From: Candidatus Delongbacteria bacterium
GTDB lineage: Bacteria; UBA4055
DNA length: 62,397 nt
Direction: 5' to 3'
Assembly (NCBI GenBank): GCA_016937995.1
Contig: JAFGVM010000098.1
Location: forward strand, 1 to 62,397
Part shown: in pieces, positions 19,883 through 29,412 of the stretch
Layout of the letters: the number at the start of each line of letters is the position of its first letter
Position numbering within the stretch: the first letter of the stretch is position 1
Translations under genes and position numbers: made by a program
Notes under the pieces: model-generated
The model's input: only the letters and a program-made list of their open reading frames with translations
Database searches by the model: none
Told to the model about the DNA's origin: nothing

Positions 19883-22243
19883 CTAAGCTTTTATCTTCTT
19901 TGTTAAACATAATTCCAGAACTTCGCTTATATGCTCCACTCTGTGGATCACAAGATTTTTAATAACCTCTTCTGGTATATCTGAAATATCTTTTGAATTA
20001 TCCTTCGGGATAATAATATTTTTTATCCCTGCTTTTTCTGCAGCGATTATCTTCTCTCTTAAACCACCTATCTCCATCGCTTTTCCATGAAGAGAGATCT
20101 CACCTGTCATAGCAAAATCTTTTCTGATAGGTATTTTTGTGAATAATGATATAATTGCGGTTGTAATAGCCAGACCTGCAGAAGGCCCGTCTTTCGGAGT
20201 TGCACCGTCAGGAACGTGAATATGAAGGTCGTATTTTTCATATTTTTCCAGATCTATTCCTAATTTATCTGCATTTGCCTTCATATAACTTATAGCTATT
20301 TCTGCAGATTCTCTCATCACTTCGCCTAGCTGACCGGTTATTTTCACCCTGTCTGATCCCTTCATTAAATTTGCTTCAATGAACAGTATCGATCCTCCTG
20401 AAGGTGACCATGCCAGACCGGTACAAATACCGATCTCGTTCTTTCTGTTGGCCATTTCAGGAATAATATATTTGTTCCCCAAATATTCTTTCACTTTCTC
20501 AACACCTATTTTTATAGCTGTTTTTTCTCCCCTGGCTTTGACCATCGCCACTTTTCTGCAGATCTTTTCTATTCTTTGCTCAAGTCTTCTTACTCCTGCT
20601 TCTCTTGTATAGTTCTGTACAATGAACTCAATCGCTTTATTTGTAAACGTAATATCTTTACTGTTTAGACCATTCTGCTTGATTTGACGTTTTATTATGT
20701 AATTCTTAGCGATCGCCAGTTTCTCTTGAATTATATAACTCGGGAACTCTATCATTTCCATTCTGTCCAGTAATGGATCGGGTATATATTCCGGATAATT
20801 TGCTGTCATAATGAACATTACTCTGGAAAGATCGAACGGCACATCAAGATAATGATCGGTAAAATTATTATTCTGTTCTGGATCCAAAGCCTCCAGGAGA
20901 GCTGAAGCAGGATCTCCCTGATTACTTGCTCCCAGTTTGTCTATCTCATCAAGCATCATAACAGGATTTTTTACACCCACCTGCCTTAAATGCTTTATTA
21001 TAATTCCCGGCATAGAACCAATATAAGTTCTTCTATGGCCTCTAATTTCAGCTTCGTCCCTTACTCCTCCCAGAGACGCTCTAACAAATTTTCTACCCAT
21101 AGCTTTTGCAATTGATTTACCGATAGAGGTTTTACCTGTTCCCGGTGGTCCTGTAAGACATAATATACTACCCTTAGTATCATCTGTAAGTTGTCTAACT
21201 GCCATATACTCTAAAATTCGCTCTTTGATCTCGTTCAGCCCATAGTGATCCTGATCCAGTATTTTCTTGGCTTTTACAATATCTATCTTATTTTTCACTT
21301 CATCATTCCACGGAAGATCAATAAGCCAGTCCAGATAGGTTCGGGCAACTGTATATTCACTTGATGCTGTAGGCATTCTATTTAATCTTTTCAATTCCCT
21401 TTTTGCAGCTGCCATAGCGATTTTAGGCAATTTTTTACTTATTAACTTTTTCTGGAGTTCTTCCAGTTCCTGGGCCTCATCATCAGTCTCCCCAAGCTCT
21501 CTTTTTATAGCTCTCAACTGCTCACGTAAGTAATAATCTCTCTGATCTTTCTCCAGCTCCTCTTCCACATCCTCCTGGATCTTGGATGTAAGTTTTAGTA
21601 GTTTCAGTTCTTTATTGAGGTAAGTTGATAACAATATCAGCCTATTCTCTACATTTACCTCTTCAAGGATACTCTGCCTTTTTTGTATGTTCATATTCAA
21701 ATTGGAGGCTATGAAATCAGATATTTTCGATGGACTTTTTATAGTAGATAACGCAATTTTTAACTCATCTGGAAGATTGTGACTTAGATCTATGATCTCT
21801 ATAAATGTGTCAGTAACTGTTCTGAGAAGAGCTGTAAGTTTCAAACCTTTGGATTGCTTTTCAGGAAGTTCTCTTATTTTTGCGATAATATACGGTTCTT
21901 CCTGCAATACCTTCTTTAACTCGATCCGTGACAGTCCCTGGACCAATAATCTTGCTGACGAATCATTATCACTTCTAAACATTTTGAGTATAATAACAGC
22001 AGTTCCAATGCTGTATATTTCTTTATTTTTATATCCCCCGTCATCGTCTGGTTGATTCGCAAATATTCCAACCATTTTATTTGAGCTCAAACTATCATTT
22101 ATCAATTTTATTAAATTGTTATCATTTACTACCAAAGGCATTATCACATTAGGAAAAACTACCATATTCATCAAAGGAATAATTGGTAACTCTTCGGTAA
22201 TTGAGAACATTTTTTTATTTCTGATATTCGATGTATTTGCCAT
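19883..22243 (-). CDS. lon: ATP-dependent protease La
   Basis: LON N-domain, GPPGTGKT, GHRRTYIG, LDEIDK, PKDGPSAG, IGGLREK. Confidence 0.97.
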   Translation of the reverse strand: MANTSNIRNKKMFSITEELPIIPLMNMVVFPNVIMPLVVNDNNLIKLINDSLSSNKMVGIFANQPDDDGGYKNKEIYSIGTAVIILKMFRSDNDSSARLLVQGLSRIELKKVLQEEPYIIAKIRELPEKQSKGLKLTALLRTVTDTFIEIIDLSHNLPDELKIALSTIKSPSKISDFIASNLNMNIQKRQSILEEVNVENRLILLSTYLNKELKLLKLTSKIQEDVEEELEKDQRDYYLREQLRAIKRELGETDDEAQELEELQKKLISKKLPKIAMAAAKRELKRLNRMPTASSEYTVARTYLDWLIDLPWNDEVKNKIDIVKAKKILDQDHYGLNEIKERILEYMAVRQLTDDTKGSILCLTGPPGTGKTSIGKSIAKAMGRKFVRASLGGVRDEAEIRGHRRTYIGSMPGIIIKHLRQVGVKNPVMMLDEIDKLGASNQGDPASALLEALDPEQNNNFTDHYLDVPFDLSRVMFIMTANYPEYIPDPLLDRMEMIEFPSYIIQEKLAIAKNYIIKRQIKQNGLNSKDITFTNKAIEFIVQNYTREAGVRRLEQRIEKICRKVAMVKARGEKTAIKIGVEKVKEYLGNKYIIPEMANRKNEIGICTGLAWSPSGGSILFIEANLMKGSDRVKITGQLGEVMRESAEIAISYMKANADKLGIDLEKYEKYDLHIHVPDGATPKDGPSAGLAITTAIISLFTKIPIRKDFAMTGEISLHGKAMEIGGLREKIIAAEKAGIKNIIIPKDNSKDISDIPEEVIKNLVIHRVEHISEVLELCLTKKIKA

Positions 22244-22258
22244 AAATTTCTCCGGATA

Positions 22259-22663
22259 CTACATTTTTTTTATTTTAATAATGAAAAATCCTTTTTCGTA
22301 GATCTTTTCCAGACAGTTATAATCTATTTTAAAAGGAAGGTTTATAATTCTTTCAAAAGGACCAAAATCTATTTCCATCTTATAGAAATGACTTTTTGGC
22401 AAAAATTTAGCCTCATTCCTATATCCACGAATAATAATAAACTCTTCATTATACTCTATTTCAACATTTTCGGGCTCAACGTATGACAACTCCATAATAA
22501 TGACAAGTTCTTTGTTATTTTCAAATACGTCTGTTCTCGGTTTCCAACCCAGACTACCGTCACATGAAAATGATTTTTGATTGCTCAAATATTGGTATTC
22601 TTCGGAATTATCCAGAATATTTGTAATATGATATTTTTCCAATTTTTTCTTGAACTTACTCAT
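22259..22663 (-). CDS. Hsp20/alpha-crystallin family protein
   Basis: WKPRTDVFE, IRGYR, EIDFGPFERIINLP, YEKGF; directly upstream of lon. Confidence 0.85.
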   Translation of the reverse strand: MSKFKKKLEKYHITNILDNSEEYQYLSNQKSFSCDGSLGWKPRTDVFENNKELVIIMELSYVEPENVEIEYNEEFIIIRGYRNEAKFLPKSHFYKMEIDFGPFERIINLPFKIDYNCLEKIYEKGFFIIKIKKM

Positions 22664-22705
22664 AAGAAATACCTCCTAATTTAAAAAGTAAAATCCTGTA
22701 AAATC

Positions 22706-25700
22706 CTAGAAGATCCAGTATTTATTTTGAAAATTTTCTCTTTTATCAAATGACATGCTTAATAGTAATTTCGCGGTTAATTTGTTTAGTTTTTCCTCAA
22801 AAAATTCCGCATTCCTGTACAATGATTTATTTTTGAAATAGAAATATGATGACAATATAGGCAGGTAACTGTCAAAAACATAACCTTTGCCGTAATTTTC
22901 TTTACCTAGTTTAACAGTTATTTTCATTGCTCTAACATAATCTTCCTGCAGCAGATGCTCTATTACTGTAATATACTCATAGCATGATGGATGATCAATA
23001 AAGTAGTATTTCAATTCTGAGATCCTCTCAGCAAGTAACTCTAGCTTTTCTTTTGAACCGTTGTTCATGATCATGTTAAAATATTTTATAAGGAACAAAG
23101 TTCTGATCCTGCGATTAGTAACATTTTTATATTCTTCAAATAATTCCTTCATTGTATCATCGGAATAAAGAGAGAACAGCATAGAAGCATGTTTTAACAG
23201 CTTGGAAATCGTTGTAGAATTTTCAATGTGCGGATTTAAACGTGCGATCTGTTTGACTATGACAAAATATCCATTCGGGTCTTTTATAATGTAATGGTAA
23301 TATGCAACAGTGCATATAAATCTTTTGATCTCATCTTTATTCGATATTTTATGTATCAGATTCAGAGCAAATATTATATTTATTTCTACATCTCTCCACC
23401 TTCCAGATGACAACAAAAAGTTTATATATTTTGTGTATAACCTGAAAAGAGCAAGGTAATCTTTAAAACGTTTTCCCAGAGTGATCGCTTTATCAAATTC
23501 ATTATCAACTTTATTGACAGATTTTCTCATATTTGACATAACTTCCAACTTATCAGTTAATACAGTAAGTAAGTTATTGCCGACTGTCTTTTTTACTGAG
23601 ATCTGCTCAAGATCTGAATAAATATTAAATGCTTTTTTTAGCTTTCCGTACTTAAACATTAAGTTGGCATAAATATATAGCAGTGTAAGTTCGTTTATTT
23701 TATTTAATGTCATCGGATGTTCGTAAAGATAAGATTCGATCAAAGAGATCGCTCTCTGATTATTTTTTGTGATCACAAGATCCAGAATAATAATAAATAA
23801 CAAATCGGCTCTTTCCTCAGGATAAACGAAGTCAGCTTCAAGATATTTGTAAACATGAACAAGTTTCAAGTATATCTCAGATCTTTGTATCTTGTTCGCA
23901 TTTTCAAAGTATCTTAACATATGTTTAAGCTTCATTTTAGTATCTTTATCAAAGCTACTGTCATATCTTTTTAATTCATGGTTAATCACATTTGTACATA
24001 CTTGAATCCTTCCACTTCTGACTAAAAATGTCAACCTTTTGTAAAGCACGGATAAATAAAGATCAAATTTCTTCAATTTGGTCAATATATGTGCAGCCTT
24101 TTTTAAATTTTCAGATTTTTTATGAAGTGAAACTTTCGATCTGCTGAAACAGACGCTATCCGCCAATATAATTGCGTATTCATAAGTACTTTGATCCAGC
24201 TTCTGCTTTTTCAGAAGTTCATTGTAATAAACAAATGCCTCCTCAAAGCTTCCAATAGAGATTAGCAATAAATACAATTCAGTTAGGATCTCAACTCGAG
24301 TTGTATTTCTAAGATTAAAGTTCTTGTATTCAAATATTAGAAGATTCTTTAGATCAGAATTAAGGTTGTTCTGACGGCAATATTCAATAGTTTCTTTTAA
24401 TTGTTTCTTTTTGTCTTTAACGGGAGCTGAGGATTTAATAAGACAATATGTATGCGTTATCAAAGAGCTTTTTTTCTTTTTAAAATAATAATCAACCAGC
24501 TTGTCGTAAAACTTTTCTCTGTCTTCTTGCGAAAAAGTTTTAATAACTTTAGAAAAGTTCTCATTTTTTATTTTAAAATAACTTTTCCCTCTTTTTACTG
24601 TTGAATCTATCAGGTTCATTCTCAATAAGTTCGCAATGATCTCATCTATATCATCGATAGAAAAAATAGCCTTAATCTTATCAAGACTGGCTCCTTTATC
24701 GTATTTACCTGCAATAAATAGAAAAATGAATTTTTCATTATTTGAAAGATTTGAGAATCTGGCTTGGTATATATCAATTATTTTGGAATGATAAGTAATC
24801 TGTTCCGGGTATGTGAATTTGTATTCATCTTTTTGTTTTATCAAATACTCATGGGATAATAGGAACTCAAGGTAACTCTTTATCAGGAAAAGATTACCGT
24901 TACTTTCCTTCATTATATAGGGTGCTATTGCATTGTCTATACTTCTTTTATCTGTTTTAAGTATAAAAGCAAGATAGTCCATTATTTCACTTTCTTTAAG
25001 GTTATTCAAGAAGTATTTTTTTGGAGGAATAAGATAGAATGTATCTTCATAGTTTTGTAATCTGCATTCAGGTGAATTTATTGTATCGATATCTATGGTG
25101 ACCATCAAAAAAACAGGTGAAGTAACTGCTAAATTTAAGAAATAAGAAAATAGTTCTTTATCAGTTTCATTGAGATTGTTTATGTCATCGATCATTAGAA
25201 TAACAGATTGTTTCGTTGAAATATTTTCAAATATTTCCTTAAGAACATTTCTTATCCTAACTACCAGATCTTGATCCTGAATAAAAAATCCTTCCTCGTC
25301 GATAAGCTTATTTGCAAGGATAAATATTTTTTTACTGTATTCGTTTTTTTCCAAGAATCCTATAAATCCGAAGATTAGCTTTCTGAAAAAAATGTTTACA
25401 ATATTTTCTTCTTTCTCAACAGTAATGAATAACGATGGTATCCTGTTCATCTGTGTCTTTACGTTAAAAGATTCAAGTAGTTGTGTCCGGCCGTTACCAT
25501 TTTCTGAAATGATAATGTTGAACATTCCAACCCTTTTTTCTTTTCTCAGACAGAAATTAAGATATTCATCCTGCAGATTTCCTATTAAATTATCTTTATC
25601 ATAAAAATCATTATTGAAAATTGCTGTTATCCTTTCCTCTTCCTCACGTATATTCATTTCCAAAGCTGTTTCAAGATATAATATCAGCTGTTGTGCTGAA

Positions 25701-26473
25701 TGTATTCTTTCTTCTTTACGTGCTGAACAAAGGTCTTTTATAAGATTTTTTACAAAATTTTCTTTTATGGCAAGAAACTGTTCTTCATTCCTGAACGACT
25801 CCTCCAGCTTCCTTGTTACTATTTCTTTAACAGTTTTGCAGTCTTCAAAAGGCAATCTGTTGGAAAAAATGTAATAAATGACCATGCCCAAAGAATAAAG
25901 ATCTGCTCGGTAATCCACTTCCTTCTTAAGCATTATTTCAGGAGCAATATAGACAAGAGTACCTCTAACTTTTCCACTGAAATCCTCAAGTAAATTTGCA
26001 AGCCCGAAATCCATTATCTTTGCATGATAGGAACCGTTGGAGTCCTGTATAAGGAACACGTTATCAGTCTTAATATCGAAATGAACTATATGCCTGTTAT
26101 GTATGTAGTTCAGTCCTCTGGCGATCTGGAGTAATATTTCAAGTTTTTCACGATAGGAAAGTGTTTGATAAGCAGTGGTCAGGTCTTTCCCCTCCACATA
26201 TTCCATAGTAAAAAAATACGTGTCTGTTTTTTTAAAAACATCAAGGTCATAAACCTTAATGATATTGGGGTGGGAAAGCTGATTGACCATCTTGAACTCA
26301 TTTTTAAACCTGTCGATGGCCTTATTGGAGAAGAACTTATCCTTGATCAGTTTTAATGCAATAACCCTGTTTTCAACAAAATCCCGGACGAGATAAACGT
26401 TACCCATACCTCCTTCTCCAAGCAGTCTTAGGATCTCGTACCTTTCGTTTATAGTTTGACCGGGTTTCATCAT
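22706..26473 (-). CDS. Hanks-type Ser/Thr protein kinase with degenerate AAA/STAND-like region and helical C-terminus
   Basis: LGEGGMGNVY, ALK, HFDIKTDN, DFG, GTLVYIAPE, DLYSLG; later SENGNGRTQLL, LMIDD, SNGNLF. Confidence 0.85.
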   Translation of the reverse strand: MMKPGQTINERYEILRLLGEGGMGNVYLVRDFVENRVIALKLIKDKFFSNKAIDRFKNEFKMVNQLSHPNIIKVYDLDVFKKTDTYFFTMEYVEGKDLTTAYQTLSYREKLEILLQIARGLNYIHNRHIVHFDIKTDNVFLIQDSNGSYHAKIMDFGLANLLEDFSGKVRGTLVYIAPEIMLKKEVDYRADLYSLGMVIYYIFSNRLPFEDCKTVKEIVTRKLEESFRNEEQFLAIKENFVKNLIKDLCSARKEERIHSAQQLILYLETALEMNIREEEERITAIFNNDFYDKDNLIGNLQDEYLNFCLRKEKRVGMFNIIISENGNGRTQLLESFNVKTQMNRIPSLFITVEKEENIVNIFFRKLIFGFIGFLEKNEYSKKIFILANKLIDEEGFFIQDQDLVVRIRNVLKEIFENISTKQSVILMIDDINNLNETDKELFSYFLNLAVTSPVFLMVTIDIDTINSPECRLQNYEDTFYLIPPKKYFLNNLKESEIMDYLAFILKTDKRSIDNAIAPYIMKESNGNLFLIKSYLEFLLSHEYLIKQKDEYKFTYPEQITYHSKIIDIYQARFSNLSNNEKFIFLFIAGKYDKGASLDKIKAIFSIDDIDEIIANLLRMNLIDSTVKRGKSYFKIKNENFSKVIKTFSQEDREKFYDKLVDYYFKKKKSSLITHTYCLIKSSAPVKDKKKQLKETIEYCRQNNLNSDLKNLLIFEYKNFNLRNTTRVEILTELYLLLISIGSFEEAFVYYNELLKKQKLDQSTYEYAIILADSVCFSRSKVSLHKKSENLKKAAHILTKLKKFDLYLSVLYKRLTFLVRSGRIQVCTNVINHELKRYDSSFDKDTKMKLKHMLRYFENANKIQRSEIYLKLVHVYKYLEADFVYPEERADLLFIIILDLVITKNNQRAISLIESYLYEHPMTLNKINELTLLYIYANLMFKYGKLKKAFNIYSDLEQISVKKTVGNNLLTVLTDKLEVMSNMRKSVNKVDNEFDKAITLGKRFKDYLALFRLYTKYINFLLSSGRWRDVEINIIFALNLIHKISNKDEIKRFICTVAYYHYIIKDPNGYFVIVKQIARLNPHIENSTTISKLLKHASMLFSLYSDDTMKELFEEYKNVTNRRIRTLFLIKYFNMIMNNGSKEKLELLAERISELKYYFIDHPSCYEYITVIEHLLQEDYVRAMKITVKLGKENYGKGYVFDSYLPILSSYFYFKNKSLYRNAEFFEEKLNKLTAKLLLSMSFDKRENFQNKYWIF

Positions 26474-26500
26474 AAAATTTTCACTTATAAATTCTAATTT

Positions 26501-27754
26501 CTAAATTGAAAGAGGATACATTTCTATTATTTCTTTTTTTGTTTTACCCAAAATACCGTATCTATTTCCAACTTTTATAAATGCTTCAAGGGCACGTTCC
26601 AGCTGCTCAGTGCTTAATCCTGCAGATATCTGGGTCCTGATCCTTGCCTTGCCTTTCGGAACAACCGGATAGTAAAAACCAATTGCATACACACCTTCTG
26701 CATAAAGATCCCTTGAGAAATCCTGGGCTAATTGTGCATTGAAAAGCATTATTGGAACTATTGGACTGTTACTTTTCGTAAGAATAAACCCTGCTTCTTC
26801 AAGACCATTTTTCCAGAATCTTGTATTTTTATGAAGTTTATCCCTTCTTTCAGAACTCTTTGAAAGTATTTCGAATACTTTTAAAACTCCGACAACAACT
26901 GCCGGTGACATTGAATTTGAAAAAATATACGGACGTGAACGCTGTCTCAGCATATCAACAAGCTCCTGTCTGCCTGCAATACAACCACCCGATGCCCCTC
27001 CAAGCGCTTTACCGAATGTCGTTGTTATCAAGTCAACTTTTCCTATCATTCGATGCTCTTCATGAGTTCCTCTACCCAGTTTTCCCATAAAACCTGTTGC
27101 GTGAGAATCATCTATCATTACTAATGCTTGATACATATCAGCTAGTTCGCATATTTTATCAACCTGAGCAACAACTCCGTCCATTGAAAATACACCATCA
27201 GATACTATCAACTTGATCTTAGCGTCTTTTGCTTCCTCAAGTTTATCCTGGAGATCATCCATATTATTGTTCGCATAGCGGTATCTTCTTGCCTTACACA
27301 AACGAACTCCATCAATAATTGAAGCATGGTTCAAAGCATCTGAGATGATCGCACAATCTTCATCTAAAAGTGCCTCAAACACACCCACATTTGCATCAAA
27401 CGCAGAAGAATATAATATTGTATCATCCATTCCCAGAAATTCTGAGACTTTATTTTCAAGTTCCTTATGAATATCCTGTGTTCCGCATATAAATCTTACA
27501 GAGGACATTCCATATCCTCTTTGATCTAAACCATCTTTTGAAGCCTGGATCACATCAGGGTGACTTGAAAGACCCAGATAATTGTTCGAACAGATATTTA
27601 TGATCTTAGAGCTTTTAGTTCCTATAGGATATTCTACTTCAATTTCCGCACCCTGGGTAGAATTTATTGATTTTTCCTCTTTATATAGTCCACTTTTTTT
27701 TATCTCTTCCAGCTGTGAACTGTAAAAGTTCTTAATTTCATTGTTGTATGACAT
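26501..27754 (-). CDS. kbl: Alpha-oxoamine synthase, glycine C-acetyltransferase-like (copy B)
   Basis: SNNYLGLS, SVRFICGTQDIH, DALNHASIIDG, DGVFSMDG, DDSHATG, TFGKALGGASGG, ARIRTQ. Confidence 0.85.
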   Translation of the reverse strand: MSYNNEIKNFYSSQLEEIKKSGLYKEEKSINSTQGAEIEVEYPIGTKSSKIINICSNNYLGLSSHPDVIQASKDGLDQRGYGMSSVRFICGTQDIHKELENKVSEFLGMDDTILYSSAFDANVGVFEALLDEDCAIISDALNHASIIDGVRLCKARRYRYANNNMDDLQDKLEEAKDAKIKLIVSDGVFSMDGVVAQVDKICELADMYQALVMIDDSHATGFMGKLGRGTHEEHRMIGKVDLITTTFGKALGGASGGCIAGRQELVDMLRQRSRPYIFSNSMSPAVVVGVLKVFEILSKSSERRDKLHKNTRFWKNGLEEAGFILTKSNSPIVPIMLFNAQLAQDFSRDLYAEGVYAIGFYYPVVPKGKARIRTQISAGLSTEQLERALEAFIKVGNRYGILGKTKKEIIEMYPLSI

Positions 27755-27777
27755 TTTTTGTCCTTAAAAAAATAAGT

Positions 27778-27803
27778 GTAGAGACGCAGTTGTACTGCGT
27801 CTC
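27778..27803. repeat. REP-like palindrome (GTAG type)
   Basis: GTAGAGACGCAGTTGTACTGCGTCTC between the two kbl-like genes; shares the ACGCAG..CTGCGT core with 57528-57553. Confidence 0.5.
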
Positions 27804-27821
27804 AAATATTGTTTGCATAGA

Positions 27822-29069
27822 TTACAAACCGTACATTTCTATAATTTCTTGCTTTGTTTTGCCTAAGATACCATATTTTTCACCAACTTTCTTGAAAGCT
27901 GCTAAAGCTTTTTCAAGATGATGAATTTCATGTCCTGCAGAGATCTGTGTTCTAATTCTTGCAGCACCATTTGGTACGACCGGGAAGAAGAATCCTATAG
28001 CATAAATACCTTCATCATATAGATCTCTAGAGAAATCCTGAGATAATTTTGCATTAAATAACATTACAGGTACAATCGGTGTATCACCAGGCTGTAAAAC
28101 AAATCCGGCGTCTAAAAGACCCTGTCTCCAGAATTCCGTGTTCTTCTCAAGTTTGTCTCTTCTTTCTGTACTCTTTGAAAGAATATCCAATACTCTGTTA
28201 ACTCCTGCAACAACAACAGGTGCAATTGTATTTGAGAATAAGTATGGTCTTGCTTTTTGACGGCACATCTCCACGATCTCTTTTCTTCCTGAAACACAAC
28301 CTCCAGAAGCTCCACCAAGAGCTTTACCAAATGTTGTTGTGATTATATCTATCTTTCCGAAAACTCCACACTTCTCATGAGTTCCCCTACCGGTCTTACC
28401 TATGAAACCCGATGAATGAGATTCATCCACAAATAACATTGCATCATATTTTTCACAAAGTGCAACCATTTCGTCAAGTTTTGCAGTATCACCATCCATT
28501 GAGAAAACACCGTCAGTGATAACAACTTTCAATCTTTTGTCCGCATGAAGCTGTAATTTTGTTTCAAGATGTTTCATATTTGAATGCTTAAATGTATCGT
28601 GTAAAGCTCCACAAAGTCTCATTCCGTCAATTATAGAAGCATGAACAAGTCTGTCAGATATCATCACATCCTCATCTGTCAATATAGCTTCAAAAACACC
28701 AGCATTTGCATCCATACATGAAGGGAAAAGAATAGTGTCTTCTGTTCCAAGGAATTCAGTTACCTTATTTTCTAATTCTCTGTGAATATCCTGAGTACCA
28801 CAGATAAATCTAACTGAAGACATTCCATAACCTCTTGCATCCAGTCCTTCATGAGCAGCTTTTACAACATCAGGATGACTTGATAGCCCAAGATAGTTGT
28901 TTGCACACATATTTATAACTTTTTTAAGAGATGCACCTGTTGGAAATTCTACTTCAATATCCGCTGCCTGGGATGAATGGATGAATCTTTCCTGCTTAAA
29001 TATTCCCTTATCTTTTAAAGCTTGTAAAGTTCCGTTATACGTACCTCTGACTTTATCACTGTAAGCCAT
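27822..29069 (-). CDS. kbl: Alpha-oxoamine synthase, glycine C-acetyltransferase-like (copy A)
   Basis: ANNYLGLS, SVRFICGTQDIH, variant DRLVHASIIDG, DESHSSG, TFGKALGGASGG. Confidence 0.85.
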   Translation of the reverse strand: MAYSDKVRGTYNGTLQALKDKGIFKQERFIHSSQAADIEVEFPTGASLKKVINMCANNYLGLSSHPDVVKAAHEGLDARGYGMSSVRFICGTQDIHRELENKVTEFLGTEDTILFPSCMDANAGVFEAILTDEDVMISDRLVHASIIDGMRLCGALHDTFKHSNMKHLETKLQLHADKRLKVVITDGVFSMDGDTAKLDEMVALCEKYDAMLFVDESHSSGFIGKTGRGTHEKCGVFGKIDIITTTFGKALGGASGGCVSGRKEIVEMCRQKARPYLFSNTIAPVVVAGVNRVLDILSKSTERRDKLEKNTEFWRQGLLDAGFVLQPGDTPIVPVMLFNAKLSQDFSRDLYDEGIYAIGFFFPVVPNGAARIRTQISAGHEIHHLEKALAAFKKVGEKYGILGKTKQEIIEMYGL

Positions 29070-29120
29070 GATTTCCTCCTTTTATGAAATTGTGCTGAAA
29101 TTTAATTAATTTTGCACATT

Positions 29121-29366
29121 TTACTTTAAAAATTCATTAACTAAAGCAACGATGTTATTTACAGTGTCAAAAGCTTCAGGTGTAGCCTTGTCATCAGGTA
29201 AAGTGATGTTATATTTGTTCTCTAAAAATCTCTTCAGTGAAACCATTGAGAATGAATCTACGATCCCACCGGAAATAAGCGGTGAATCATAAGTTAGCAC
29301 TTCATCTTCGTCTTCTAGGTATTCTTCAATTACGTACTCAAGAACGATGTCCTTCATGTCTTCCAT
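29121..29366 (-). CDS. Acyl/aminoacyl carrier protein (DltC-like motif)
   Basis: 81 aa acidic protein; GIVDSF phosphopantetheine site; LENKYNI, FDTVNNI. Confidence 0.85.
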   Translation of the reverse strand: MEDMKDIVLEYVIEEYLEDEDEVLTYDSPLISGGIVDSFSMVSLKRFLENKYNITLPDDKATPEAFDTVNNIVALVNEFLK

Positions 29367-29412
29367 TTTGTTTCTCCTTATTTATTGTTATGGATTTGCT
29401 TACTACAATTTA

